Of a stretch of 64,000 nt of DNA, positions 1-9,475 are shown in pieces. The position numbers and the translations under genes are program-made. This DNA is from Opitutales bacterium. Its GTDB lineage: Bacteria; Verrucomicrobiota; Verrucomicrobiia; Opitutales; PNEW01. Each line of letters begins with the position of its first letter. The first letter of the stretch is position 1. Location: the NCBI GenBank assembly GCA_965197745.1, contig CBDANS010000007.1, positions 1,568,001 to 1,632,000 of the forward strand, read 5' to 3'. Under the pieces are notes generated by a model. It was not told the DNA's origin. It ran no database searches and saw only the letters and a list, made by a program, of their open reading frames with translations.

Positions 1-1
1 A

Positions 2-559
2 TTGCATTGGGATACCCCTTTAGAACCGCCTATTCCGTTTTGTTGTCAGGGTGTGCTCTACCTGACAGACACAGAAGCGGAGCAGGGAGCGTTTACCTGC
101 GTGCCGGGGTTCCATCTAAAACTCGAAGCATGGTTGGAGTCCTTGCCACCGCACGCTGATCCGCGAAAGCAGGATCTGATGAGCCTCGGAGCGATACCAG
201 TAGCAGGTAAAGCTGGAGATCTCATTATCTGGCATCATTTACTCCCTCATGGAGCGGGAAAGAATACTGCGGACCAACCACGGGTGGTACAGTACATCTC
301 CATGTTCCCGGCTCATGGAAAGGACGAGGATTTTGTAAATTATCGCATCAAAGCATGGAAAAATCGACTGGCCGGCGGGGGGCATTCCGGCAGTAGGGTA
401 GAGTTGAAAAAAGGAAAGGAATTTGAAAAAGGTCAGACCGCTAAATTGTCACCGTTAGGACGAAAATTGTTGGGATTGGATTCGTGGGAGAGCGCTTACG
501 CGCGTCAAAAAGTCAAAAAGTTGAAGGCGAAGGAGAGATCAGTGAACGGTGAACGGTAA
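2..559 (+). CDS. Phytanoyl-CoA dioxygenase (PhyH) family protein, 5' end cut by window edge
   Basis: HWD iron motif, GAFTCVPGFH, GDLIIWH..LPHG and PRVVQY; close paralog of 1817..2692 and 6062..6955. Confidence 0.9.
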   Translation: MHWDTPLEPPIPFCCQGVLYLTDTEAEQGAFTCVPGFHLKLEAWLESLPPHADPRKQDLMSLGAIPVAGKAGDLIIWHHLLPHGAGKNTADQPRVVQYISMFPAHGKDEDFVNYRIKAWKNRLAGGGHSGSRVELKKGKEFEKGQTAKLSPLGRKLLGLDSWESAYARQKVKKLKAKERSVNGER

Positions 560-685
560 TCAGTAAACGGTAAACAGTGAATAGTGCTGTCGCTTGTGTT
601 AAGTTCTAAACATGGTTCATTTAGGTGGAACGTGCTGTCCCTATTTATAAAATCGACAATCGCAAATCGCAAATCGACAATTGAA
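492..685. repeat. Composite intergenic repeat block
   Basis: GCGC-N4-GCGC linker 492-503; GTCAAAAA octamers 504-527; six GTRAAYR-like heptamers 542-583; GTGTTAA heptamers 596-609; GGTGGAACG half hairpin 624-643; five AATCGMM-like heptamers 651-685. Confidence 0.85.
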
Positions 686-687
686 AT

Positions 688-1619
688 GTGTCCGTATTAA
701 GCGAAGAAGACCGAGCGTTTTGGAATGAGAATGGATACATTGTCATTCATGATGCTGTTTCTCGGGAAAATATAAAAGCTGCGGAGGATGCTATATGGAA
801 TTTTTTGGGAATGCGACCCGACAACCAGGAGAGTTGGTACCCCGACCCCCCACGGCGGGGGATCATGGCTGAAATGTATCAGCACCAGGCATTATGGGAC
901 AATCGTCAGTACCCCCGCGTGCATCAAGCCTTTGCGGAGGTCCTGGGAATGGAACAGTTGTGGGTGAGTATTGACCGCGTCAGCATGAGTCCACCGGAAC
1001 GCACCCCCCCCCCAATGATACCTCGTCAAAACAACCCATTCCATTGCACTGGGATTACGTTTTACAACTCCATGGGGATGGGAAACCCACGCTTATGGAA
1101 GGCAGTCTTGAACGGCCTCTTCCGTTTTGGGTGCAGGGTGTGCTCTACCTGACAGACACCGTGGAGAATGGGGGAGCGTTCACCAGTGTGCCGGGATTTC
1201 ATCGGGAAATTGAAGGGTGGTTGGAAACCCTGCCGCAAGTGGCCGACCCACGTAAGCGAGATGAAAGCGGTGGCGTCTTTTTAAACTACGATGCGTGGTT
1301 GGAGACTTTGCCAGCGAATGATGATTCGAGTGTGCAAGCCATAATTGATAGGGGCACAAAACCTGTTCCCGCTAAAGCCGGGGATCTTATTATCTGGCAC
1401 AGTTCACTCCCTCACGGGGCCAGCTATAATACTGCAAACCATCCACGTGTGGTGCAGTACATGACCATGTTCCCGGCGCAGGAAAATGATGATACTGCCC
1501 GCAATCGTCGGATCAAAGTATGGCAAAATGGCATGGCAGCTGAGGGACATTCAATGGATCATTCCGCAGAGCTTTCACCGTTAGGGCGAAAACTGCTGGG
1601 TCTAGACAGGTGGGATTAG
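688..1619 (+). pseudogene. PhyH family protein, frameshifted at a C10 tract (1004-1013)
   Basis: ORFs 688..1152 and 1044..1619 join across the poly-C to give NDTSSKQPIPLHWD, matching paralog 1817..2692. Confidence 0.88.
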
Positions 1620-1643
1620 CTGACTCGCAATGCGCATCCGCTA

Positions 1644-1741
1644 GTTTTAGGTTTTAAGTGTTAGGAAAATGATCGTCATAAAGAATCTTATAATAATAGT
1701 TTCTGACTAAAACTTAAAACCTAACACTTAACACTTAACAC
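1644..1741. repeat. Inverted pair of heptamer arrays (GTKTTAR x3 ... YTAAMAC x5)
   Basis: GTTTTAG GTTTTAA GTGTTAG at 1644-1664 and the complementary CTAAAAC...TTAACAC at 1707-1741. Confidence 0.85.
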
Positions 1742-1816
1742 GCGACGGTGAAATTCCTACCCGCTTTTTAATTGTTCAATAAACTGAATTATTATGTTAA
1801 ATCATAGGAGCTCATA

Positions 1817-2692
1817 ATGCCCGTATTAAGCAAAGAAGATCGAGCGTTTTGGGAGGAGAACGGCTACGTTGTCATCCATGATGCGGTTCCCCCGGAAAAT
1901 ATTAAAGCGGCCGAAGATGCGGTTTGGGATTTTTTGGAAATGCAGCCCGACAACCCAGATAGTTGGTACCCCGACCCGCCTCGGAAGAACATCACTATGG
2001 AGATGTACCATCACCAGGCATTGTGGGACAATCGTCAATATCCCCGCATGCATCAAGCCTTTGTGGAGATCTGGGAAACGGAGCGGTTGTGGGTAAGTAT
2101 TGACCGCGCAAGCATGAGCCCACCGGACCGCACATCCCCGAAAGAAGCTGGGAAATCAAAAGGTGATACCTCTTCAAAACAACCAATTCCGTTGCATTGG
2201 GATATCGCTATAGAACCACCTATACCGTTTTGTGTTCAGGGGGTGCTCTATCTGACGGACACAGCAGCGGATGGAGGAGCGTTTACCTGTGTGCCGGGGT
2301 TCCATCGAAAACTCGAAGCGTGGTTGGCGAACTTGCCGGCGGATGCCGATCCGCGTAAGCAGGATCTGATGAGTCTGGGTGCAACACCGATTCCAGGTAA
2401 AGCCGGTGATCTCATCATCTGGCATAGTTCTCTGCCTCACGGGGCAGGTCTTAATACAGCAAGGTATCCACGGGTCGTGCAGTACATCACCATGTTCCCG
2501 GTGCAGGAAAAAGACGAAAATATTCTAACTCATCGCGTTAACGCATGGCGAAATAACCTGGCAGGTTTGATCGTCGAAGGCACTGGCAGGAATTGGGAAT
2601 TACGTAAGGAAAAGGAACATGCTATTGGTCAAACCGCGGTGCTGTCACCGTTAGGGAGAAAGCTGCTGGGGTTGGATTCGTGGGAGCGCTAG
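1817..2692 (+). CDS. PhyH family dioxygenase
   Basis: FWEENGYVVI, HWD, WHSSLPHG, PRVVQY; AGGAG RBS. Confidence 0.93.
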   Translation: MPVLSKEDRAFWEENGYVVIHDAVPPENIKAAEDAVWDFLEMQPDNPDSWYPDPPRKNITMEMYHHQALWDNRQYPRMHQAFVEIWETERLWVSIDRASMSPPDRTSPKEAGKSKGDTSSKQPIPLHWDIAIEPPIPFCVQGVLYLTDTAADGGAFTCVPGFHRKLEAWLANLPADADPRKQDLMSLGATPIPGKAGDLIIWHSSLPHGAGLNTARYPRVVQYITMFPVQEKDENILTHRVNAWRNNLAGLIVEGTGRNWELRKEKEHAIGQTAVLSPLGRKLLGLDSWER

Positions 2693-2993
2693 CGCGCGTC
2701 AAAAGGTCAAAAAGTTGAAGACGGGGGAATCAGTGAACAGCCGCCGTCGCTTCGCTATGGCGTGCCAAGGTGAACGGTGATAAGCGCTGATGCGCGTGTT
2801 AAATTTTAATCATTATTCAAATAGGTGGAACGCGGTGCCTGTCCGATATAGTCCCGCTACCGCGGGACGACGGCTGATCCCAACCGCGTTTGTATATATT
2901 ATTAATAAAGAAGTGCGCTGAAACAGCCCGCTCCACCTATTCTTAGTTAATCATTTTAGTTTCTTGCATCCTGAACTCTCAACCTTGAACCTT
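2685..2993. repeat. Composite intergenic repeat block including GGTGGAACGCG...CGCTCCACC hairpin (2824-2937)
   Basis: Same module order as 492-685: GCGC linker, octamers, GTGAAC heptamers, GCGC linker, GTGTTAA, GGTGGA hairpin, then CTGAACT-type heptamers. Confidence 0.85.
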
Positions 2994-3054
2994 CCAATGA
3001 AAATGGAAAAATGATGGATAATGAAAACGACGATACATTAATAAAGGAGTTAAT

Positions 3055-3957
3055 ATGGATAAACTAAAAATTTTGATTGTCCATGCCCATCCAGCTGATT
3101 TTGCCTGTGATGCTTCTGCAACTATAGCCTTGCATTCAGAAAGAGGTGATAAAGTAACTAGCTTAGTGGTTTCTCATGGTGAAAGACACCATATGCTATG
3201 GATTCATGATCAGGAGACTAAACCTGTAGAAAAACAAGATCCCGATTTTAAAAATCTAAATATAGATAACTATCGGGAATTCAAAAAACGTGAGACCGAA
3301 CGCATCGCCTCTATCCTCGGAGTGGATGAATTGTTAATGCTGGGATGGACCGACAGCGAAATATATTTTGATCATGACAAAGTTGAACAAATATCTGAGA
3401 TAATTAGAAAAGTTAAACCAGACATATTTATAACCAGATTGCCAAATGTCCCTTACCTCTATTCAACGCATAACGATCATCCTGAAACGGCAAGGATAGC
3501 GATGAAAGCTCTCCGGCATGCCGAAGAGAGAGTTAGACAATTTGACGGAGTTGATGCCTATAGAGGTGTGAAGCAAGTTTTTCATTCGCTTGCAGGAGGG
3601 GAGGAAGTTAATTCTAATCATATGTTACTACCAGGAATTACTCCAGATGTTTGGATCGATACCACATCGGTTATAGAGAAAAAAGTGCAAGCTATTGACC
3701 AGTTAGTGAGCCAGGGATATAAGGGTAAATTTGCCAGGCGGGTTGTTGAAGCTAGAGATGGAAGGTGGGGGATGATAGCGGGAACCGCCTATGCTGAACC
3801 ATTTGTAAGACCAACCGGGTTGATTTATAACAGTCTGCCTTTACCCTCAAGCGCTATTAAAGATGCCCATAAACCGACAATTGACCATAGCGGAAAGACA
3901 TCAGTTCACAAAATACCTTCAGTAACTCCGAAGGCAGCTTATAAGCTTAAACTTTAA
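3055..3957 (+). CDS. PIG-L/LmbE deacetylase-fold protein, GalB (4-oxalomesaconate hydratase)-like motif variant
   Basis: AHPADF in place of HPDD, SHGE, R..E...A.ILG, HNDH, WIDTTSVIEKK, YAEPF; AAGGAG RBS. Confidence 0.82.
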   Translation: MDKLKILIVHAHPADFACDASATIALHSERGDKVTSLVVSHGERHHMLWIHDQETKPVEKQDPDFKNLNIDNYREFKKRETERIASILGVDELLMLGWTDSEIYFDHDKVEQISEIIRKVKPDIFITRLPNVPYLYSTHNDHPETARIAMKALRHAEERVRQFDGVDAYRGVKQVFHSLAGGEEVNSNHMLLPGITPDVWIDTTSVIEKKVQAIDQLVSQGYKGKFARRVVEARDGRWGMIAGTAYAEPFVRPTGLIYNSLPLPSSAIKDAHKPTIDHSGKTSVHKIPSVTPKAAYKLKL

Positions 3958-4028
3958 CTGTATGGTTCAGTTTCCCTTTTTCCCCATTAGAGGTTATGGA
4001 TATATATGAAGCCATGCAGCGACCCCCG

Positions 4029-4055
4029 CTGGGATTGGACAGTTGGGAGAGCTGA
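4029..4055 (+). pseudogene. 3'-terminal remnant of a PhyH paralog (LGLDSWES*)
   Basis: CTGGGATTGGACAGTTGGGAGAGCTGA matches the ends of the neighbouring PhyH genes and is followed by the same GCGCTTTGCG as after 6955. Confidence 0.7.
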
Positions 4056-4075
4056 TGCGCTTTGCGTGTAAGCTC

Positions 4076-4142
4076 GTTTTAGGTGTTAAGTTTTAAGTGT
4101 TAAGTAAAATCAACCTAAAACATAACACATAAAACTTAACAC
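4076..4142. repeat. Inverted pair of heptamer arrays
   Basis: GTTTTAG GTGTTAA GTTTTAA GTGTTAA, 11-bp loop, CTAAAAC ATAACAC ATAAAAC TTAACAC. Confidence 0.85.
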
Positions 4143-4202
4143 GCGCTTGCGCCCGCGTTATCCTTGACACTCTACGGTCGTTGCTAATTAAGATCGCAAC
4201 CG

Positions 4203-5045
4203 ATGTTAAAGCGCAGGAAAGGGTACTTGAAGCCGCGGAAAGGCCGCGTTCCTAAGGCAAGTCGTCAGCTGGAGGACGAGGGTTACACCATTTTACATAA
4301 GGTGCTTAGCAAGGAGGAGGTCGATGACCTCGCACGGGAAATCAATGAGGTTTATGATAAGCTTCCACCCGATGGACGAGTAAGCCTTGGTCTTTTGGAA
4401 GAGGACAGAGCTTTCCGTTATGAAATGTTTAATCGCAGTGCCTTGTGCCAGGAAGTTGTCGCCCATCCGAAGATCCTGAAGACCATTGAACCACTGTTGG
4501 GCGAAGATTGTCACATTATTGCGAACACCAGCTGGCGCAATCCGCCCGATTCCGATCCTGAACATAAGGGCGGAGTCTGGCATATAGACGGAGGTCCCCA
4601 TATTCCGCTCGATGACGATCAGGTATGGCCGAGCAACATACCTCACCCGGTTTTTGCCATCGGCACCCATATTTTTCTAACAGACTGTCCCATGGATTGT
4701 GGCCCCACGGGCGTAATTCCGGGCAGCCATCTTTCGGGCAAACCGGCACCGCTCAATCATGACATGTTGCTGACCTGGAACAATGTTTCGGTAAAGCCCC
4801 TTCCTGCCAAAGCGGGCGATGTCGCGATGTTCGTCTCAGATATTTGGCACAGACGGATGCCAACATCCGATGAAGATAGTGGCCGATTCTTTCTGCAAGT
4901 GCATTACGCGCGAAGAGACATAGCGCAGCGATTAAGGCGGACAGCTGAGGTTAATCATGTCTCGCCACAAGCCATCGCGCGCATCAAAAGTGATCGTGAA
5001 AAAGCATTACTCGGTTTGCATCCCCCGAAATTCTATGACGGCTAA
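4203..5045 (+). CDS. PhyH family dioxygenase
   Basis: EDEGYTIL, WHID, GPTGVIPGSH, AGDVAMF..DIWH, GRFFLQ. Confidence 0.9.
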   Translation: MLKRRKGYLKPRKGRVPKASRQLEDEGYTILHKVLSKEEVDDLAREINEVYDKLPPDGRVSLGLLEEDRAFRYEMFNRSALCQEVVAHPKILKTIEPLLGEDCHIIANTSWRNPPDSDPEHKGGVWHIDGGPHIPLDDDQVWPSNIPHPVFAIGTHIFLTDCPMDCGPTGVIPGSHLSGKPAPLNHDMLLTWNNVSVKPLPAKAGDVAMFVSDIWHRRMPTSDEDSGRFFLQVHYARRDIAQRLRRTAEVNHVSPQAIARIKSDREKALLGLHPPKFYDG

Positions 5046-5096
5046 GAAATGCAAAAGGGTTAATACCCAGAACTTAGAAATAATTAAATTAATCAC

Positions 5097-5855
5097 ATGG
5101 AATTAAAAGGAAAAGCAGCATTAATTACAGGCGGCAACAGCGGAATCGGTGAAGCTATCGCATACGCCTTGGCGGAAAAGGGAACAGAAGTATTGATAAG
5201 CGGCCGACGGGAAGAACAGAACCGCGCGGTTGCTGAAGCGATCAGTAAAAAAACCGAGACCCGGGTAGAAGCGGTAACCGCCGATGTCAGCATTGAGGAA
5301 GATTGTGAAATGATGGTTCGCCGAACGATTGAACTATTCGGAAAAATCGATATCTGTGTTAATAGTGCGGGGGTCTCAACGGGACCCCAGTTTTCGGAGC
5401 TTTCCACCGAAGTCTTTGATCAGGTACTTAAAACCAATTTATACGGAGCATTCTGGTGTTCACGAGCCGCATTTAACGCGATGCGTAAGAATAAACTGAG
5501 TTCTCCGGATGATATTCGTGGTTATATCATAAACATTTCATCGGTTGTAGGACTGGAAGCTTACGCGCGAAGTGGGACTGGGAGTGGCGTTTACAGCGCT
5601 TCCAAATTCGGCATGATGTCGCTCAACCAGGGCATGTCTGGCTCGGGGCAGAAGGAGTTGATAAAAGTTACCGCGATATGCCCCGCTATGGTCTCTACGC
5701 CAATGACTGAAGAATGGCGAAGCAACAATAGCAAAGAAGGTGATGAATTTATTGAACCCGAAGATGTAGCCGAAACAGTGCTTTACCTCATGCGCCTCTC
5801 ACGTGCAGTCTGGCCCGTGCAGGAAGTTTTGCCCAGACGTGAAGATGAGTGTTGA
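5097..5855 (+). CDS. SDR family NAD(P)-dependent oxidoreductase
   Basis: TGGNSGIG, VNSAG, YSASK. Confidence 0.93.
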   Translation: MELKGKAALITGGNSGIGEAIAYALAEKGTEVLISGRREEQNRAVAEAISKKTETRVEAVTADVSIEEDCEMMVRRTIELFGKIDICVNSAGVSTGPQFSELSTEVFDQVLKTNLYGAFWCSRAAFNAMRKNKLSSPDDIRGYIINISSVVGLEAYARSGTGSGVYSASKFGMMSLNQGMSGSGQKELIKVTAICPAMVSTPMTEEWRSNNSKEGDEFIEPEDVAETVLYLMRLSRAVWPVQEVLPRREDEC

Positions 5856-5906
5856 GAGATTTGCGATATTCGAATGCCAATTTTCGATTGAGTTATTACT
5901 CTCTTC

Positions 5907-6014
5907 TTGTCATTGTGAAGGAGGCGATAGCCGACTGCGGCAATCCAGGGGAATGTCTGTTGCGAAATGTAATTTCCCTGGATTGCCGCGTCGCGTTGCT
6001 CCTCGCAATGACAA
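5907..6014. repeat. REP-like long hairpin TTGTCATTG...CTCGCAATGACAA
   Basis: Terminal inverted arms plus inner GCGGCAATCCAGGG/CCCTGGATTGCCGC; right arm recurs at 16215-16240. Confidence 0.85.
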
Positions 6015-6061
6015 TTGAAATTGATGTATTCTCCATCTAAGATTTAATAGTGGAACAAAGT

Positions 6062-6955
6062 ATGAAGGTTTTAAGCAAAGAAGATCTAAAGTTCTGGGAT
6101 GAGAACGGTTACGTTATCATTCATGATGCGGTTCCTCCGGAAAATATTAAAGCGGCCAAGGATGCGATTTGGAGTTTTTTGGGAATGCAACCTGACAACC
6201 GGGAGAGTTGGTATCCCGACCCGCCTCGGAAGGGTATTGGGATTGAGATGTATCATCACCAGGCTTATTGGGACAACCGTCAATACCCTCGCGTGCATCA
6301 AGCCTTTGCCGATATCTGGGGAACGAATCGGTTGTGGGTAAGTTTTGATCGCGGCAGCATGAGTCCTCCGGATCGCACAAATCCTCAAGATTCCGATAAA
6401 CTGAACGGGGGTTCCTCATCGAAACTACCCCTTCCCATTCACTTTGATGGCCCCGTAGATCCTGCCAATCCGTTTTGTGTTCAAGGTGTGCTCTATCTTA
6501 CAGACACGAAAGAGAATGGGGGTGCATTCATCTGTGTCCCTGGGTTCCATCGGAAAGTCGCTGCCTGGTTGAAGACATTGCCTCCTGATTCCCATCCGAA
6601 TAGACAAGATTTTATGAGCCTCGGCGCAAAGCCGATTGCAGGTAAAGCAGGTGATCTCATTATCTGGCACCAATTACTGCCCCACGGGGCAAGTCAGAAT
6701 ACGGCGCGGTATCCAAGGGTGGTGCAATACATCACCATGTTCCCTGCGCAGGAAAAGGATGAAGAAACGCGAAATTATCGTGTCAGCGCATGGCAAAATA
6801 ACCTGGCCGGCGGAGGGGCCTGGGGTGTGATGCACGAGTTACCTATCGGCAAGAAAGTGGAGCTGCGAAAAGAAAAGGAACATGCCATCGGTCGACCCGT
6901 GAAACTATCTCCCCTAGGCCGAAAACTGCTGGGGTTAGATTCCTGGGAGCGCTGA
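6062..6955 (+). CDS. PhyH family dioxygenase
   Basis: HFD, WHQLLPHG, PRVVQY; paralog of 1817..2692; ATG 6062 chosen by alignment. Confidence 0.93.
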   Translation: MKVLSKEDLKFWDENGYVIIHDAVPPENIKAAKDAIWSFLGMQPDNRESWYPDPPRKGIGIEMYHHQAYWDNRQYPRVHQAFADIWGTNRLWVSFDRGSMSPPDRTNPQDSDKLNGGSSSKLPLPIHFDGPVDPANPFCVQGVLYLTDTKENGGAFICVPGFHRKVAAWLKTLPPDSHPNRQDFMSLGAKPIAGKAGDLIIWHQLLPHGASQNTARYPRVVQYITMFPAQEKDEETRNYRVSAWQNNLAGGGAWGVMHELPIGKKVELRKEKEHAIGRPVKLSPLGRKLLGLDSWER

Positions 6956-7046
6956 AGCGCTTTGCGCAGCAGTTAGTTTTAGGTTGAAAGAAGTATTATC
7001 CGCCAGGATCAATCGAAATTCGCAAATCGCAAATCGACAATGGCTA

Positions 7047-8498
7047 TCAGTCTATATCGGGCGCCCAGATGCGATTCTCACGGGCTTCGAGGAAACCCTC
7101 GTTGGTGGACTTGAGTTTCCAGATTTCTAATTTCCGGATTTTGGTCGGGGTTTTGCTGCGTCCGAAGAAGGCATACGCCTTTAAACTGTTACCTCCATCG
7201 CGGTAAGCAAGATGGGAAGTCAAAGCCGCTTGACGACCGCTGATGAAGACCTCGATCAGATACTTGTCGACAAAGATGCACAGCTCTAAATCTTCCCCAT
7301 CCGGGAGATCGGCGACGGAAAATGGCGCTTCGGTTTCTCCAATGCAAACGGTGCCGGTCTCAGGCCGAATGAGCACGAGGAGGCCTTCATTGTTTCCGCT
7401 GGCGAACAGCCGGATTCCGAAGCGCCTGCGTTCAGCCGCCGCTCTATCCATGGAGACGCGCAGCTCAAAAGAGTCCGACTCGATATCGGCGATGGGCAGT
7501 TCCTCGGACGAGGTCACTTCCAGATCGTTGAAGATAAGTTCTTCGTGCCGGAGCGACTCGAGCTCGCGCAGCGGTTGGATACTCAGGCTACCGTCCTCGT
7601 GAAGGCCCAGCTCACGCGGCAGTGACTGGATCGACTTCAGATTGATTTCCGGATCGAGGGTGGTAAGCCAGGCCCACATTACGCGGCGACCATCTGCTGT
7701 AAGCACGCTCTCCGGCGCAAAAAAATCACGGTAGCAAGGGTCTGTGAGTGACTGATCTGGGCGTCTCCAATTCATACGCCCATGGGTGTGAGGAACGAAC
7801 TGCTCGGCCTTGGCATCCCAGTCGCCAAGGTAGTAGCGGCAGCCGATCATATGACTGATACACAGGAGCATCCACTGGTTTCCGAAGGGGTAGAAATGGG
7901 CGCAGGACAGGTCTTCGCCGATGGCGACATCCGGCATGTCGTGTTGCATGAAGGGCCCGACGTAGCTCCAGTTGATAAGATCAGTAGACTTGCACAGTTG
8001 AACGTCGTCGGCAGCGGAATAGGCGTAGTAAGTGTCGTTGATGCGGAAGCAGTCGGGGTCGTGGGTTAAACCGATGTCTTTCCCGTCGGGATCGCCTTTC
8101 GGCAGAATCGGATAGGGTTTCTCCCATTCACTGAGTTGATTGTTCTTCGCGACTGCGATGTACGATTGATTTGGGTCCGCCAAACCCGCGTAGATGGCGG
8201 CAGGCTTTCCCTCCGCGGTGATGAATCCGGTGCCGCTGAACATGCCGGTGCCCGTAAAGGAAGGCTGCAGCTTGGTGGACTGCCATGTCCAGTGCAGCAT
8301 GTCGGGGCTGGTGACGTGGACAAAGGAGTATGAAATTTTCTCCTTCCACGGGTGCCGCAAGATGTAGTGCAAGTGGTAGACGCCGTCGAAATAATAGGCG
8401 ACGTTAGGATCGCCCGGTGCACTGTCGCCACCGGGGTGCATCAGGTGGTAGTTGAGAACCAAGTCGTCAGCTACTATTTCTTCGTCGGTGTGTTTCAT
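7047..8498 (-). CDS. Glycoside hydrolase family 32-like protein with non-canonical catalytic motifs
   Basis: GDPN, YHLHY, HVTSPDMLHW, FSG, HDP, SC, DGRRVMWAW, SLPREL, FVDKYLIEVF. Confidence 0.85.
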   Translation of the reverse strand: MKHTDEEIVADDLVLNYHLMHPGGDSAPGDPNVAYYFDGVYHLHYILRHPWKEKISYSFVHVTSPDMLHWTWQSTKLQPSFTGTGMFSGTGFITAEGKPAAIYAGLADPNQSYIAVAKNNQLSEWEKPYPILPKGDPDGKDIGLTHDPDCFRINDTYYAYSAADDVQLCKSTDLINWSYVGPFMQHDMPDVAIGEDLSCAHFYPFGNQWMLLCISHMIGCRYYLGDWDAKAEQFVPHTHGRMNWRRPDQSLTDPCYRDFFAPESVLTADGRRVMWAWLTTLDPEINLKSIQSLPRELGLHEDGSLSIQPLRELESLRHEELIFNDLEVTSSEELPIADIESDSFELRVSMDRAAAERRRFGIRLFASGNNEGLLVLIRPETGTVCIGETEAPFSVADLPDGEDLELCIFVDKYLIEVFISGRQAALTSHLAYRDGGNSLKAYAFFGRSKTPTKIRKLEIWKLKSTNEGFLEARENRIWAPDID

Positions 8499-8684
8499 TC
8501 GTGTGTCCTCTCATTTGTATTCATTTTGGAAAAATCCTCCTTTTTCAACAGGAGATGACGCATTGATTCCTATCACAAGAAAATTTTCAACCTATTGCCC
8601 CTTCAATTACAAAAAGATCGGTATGACCCCTTTTGAATTTGCCTGTAGAGTGAAAACTTAAATATTATGATGAGGAGTAGCTAA

Positions 8685-9437
8685 ATGAAACTCAAGGCAT
8701 CAGAAGTCCAAACTTTTCAACGAGAGGGATACTTGAAGATCCCCCATCGGATAATTGAGGAAGACCACCTTCAGCGTCTTGTCAGGTCCTATGACGAGGT
8801 ATTTAATGGAGCGGGTGTACGCAACCTTTCGGAAATGGAATCCACAACTGAAGATGCCGTGGAAACAGATGACGGGAAGATGTGGAAAGTGGAGGAGATG
8901 TGGAAAAGAAGCGAGGATTTCTGGCATCTGGTCTATCACAAGCCATTGCTTGAGATTGTTGAGAGCCTGATTGGTAGAAGCGTACAGCTATTTGGAGACG
9001 AGGCACTTTATAAACCAGCGAACAATGGTGGCCCTATACCCTGGCATCAGGACAATGGCTATTGGCGCTGTCAACGTGCAGACCTGGTCAGTATCTGGAT
9101 TGCCCTCGACGATGTCGATGAAGAAAACGGATGCATGTATGTAATCCCCGGTAGTCACATTAGCGGTGAGGTGGAGCATTCACGATCTAAGACGGGTGAT
9201 GGCAATATATCGAAGATTTTGCTGACAACTCAGGTTGATGAAAGCAAAGCGGTCCCCATACCCTTGTCCGCGGGTCATGCCATGGTTCATCACTGTTTAA
9301 CCTTACATGCTACCCGACCAAACTTTTCTAGCCATGATCGGCGCGCAATAGTCATTAATTACATGCCAGTTGGTACCCGAAATGGTGAAGGGGAGTTGTT
9401 GAAAGAAGGTTTTCCCATTTTAGCTTCCACGTCGTAA
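8685..9437 (+). CDS. PhyH family dioxygenase
   Basis: FQREGYL, WHQD, WIALDD..ENGCM.VIPGSH, HHCLTLH, DRRA. Confidence 0.95.
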   Translation: MKLKASEVQTFQREGYLKIPHRIIEEDHLQRLVRSYDEVFNGAGVRNLSEMESTTEDAVETDDGKMWKVEEMWKRSEDFWHLVYHKPLLEIVESLIGRSVQLFGDEALYKPANNGGPIPWHQDNGYWRCQRADLVSIWIALDDVDEENGCMYVIPGSHISGEVEHSRSKTGDGNISKILLTTQVDESKAVPIPLSAGHAMVHHCLTLHATRPNFSSHDRRAIVINYMPVGTRNGEGELLKEGFPILASTS

Positions 9438-9475
9438 GCTAATGAATAGATAAGAGAGTCGTGTGGAGTCGCTAA

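Noticed and set aside
5803..6040. Short ORFs 5803..6018 and 5849..6040
   Set aside because: They are translations of the REP-like hairpin and heptamer repeats
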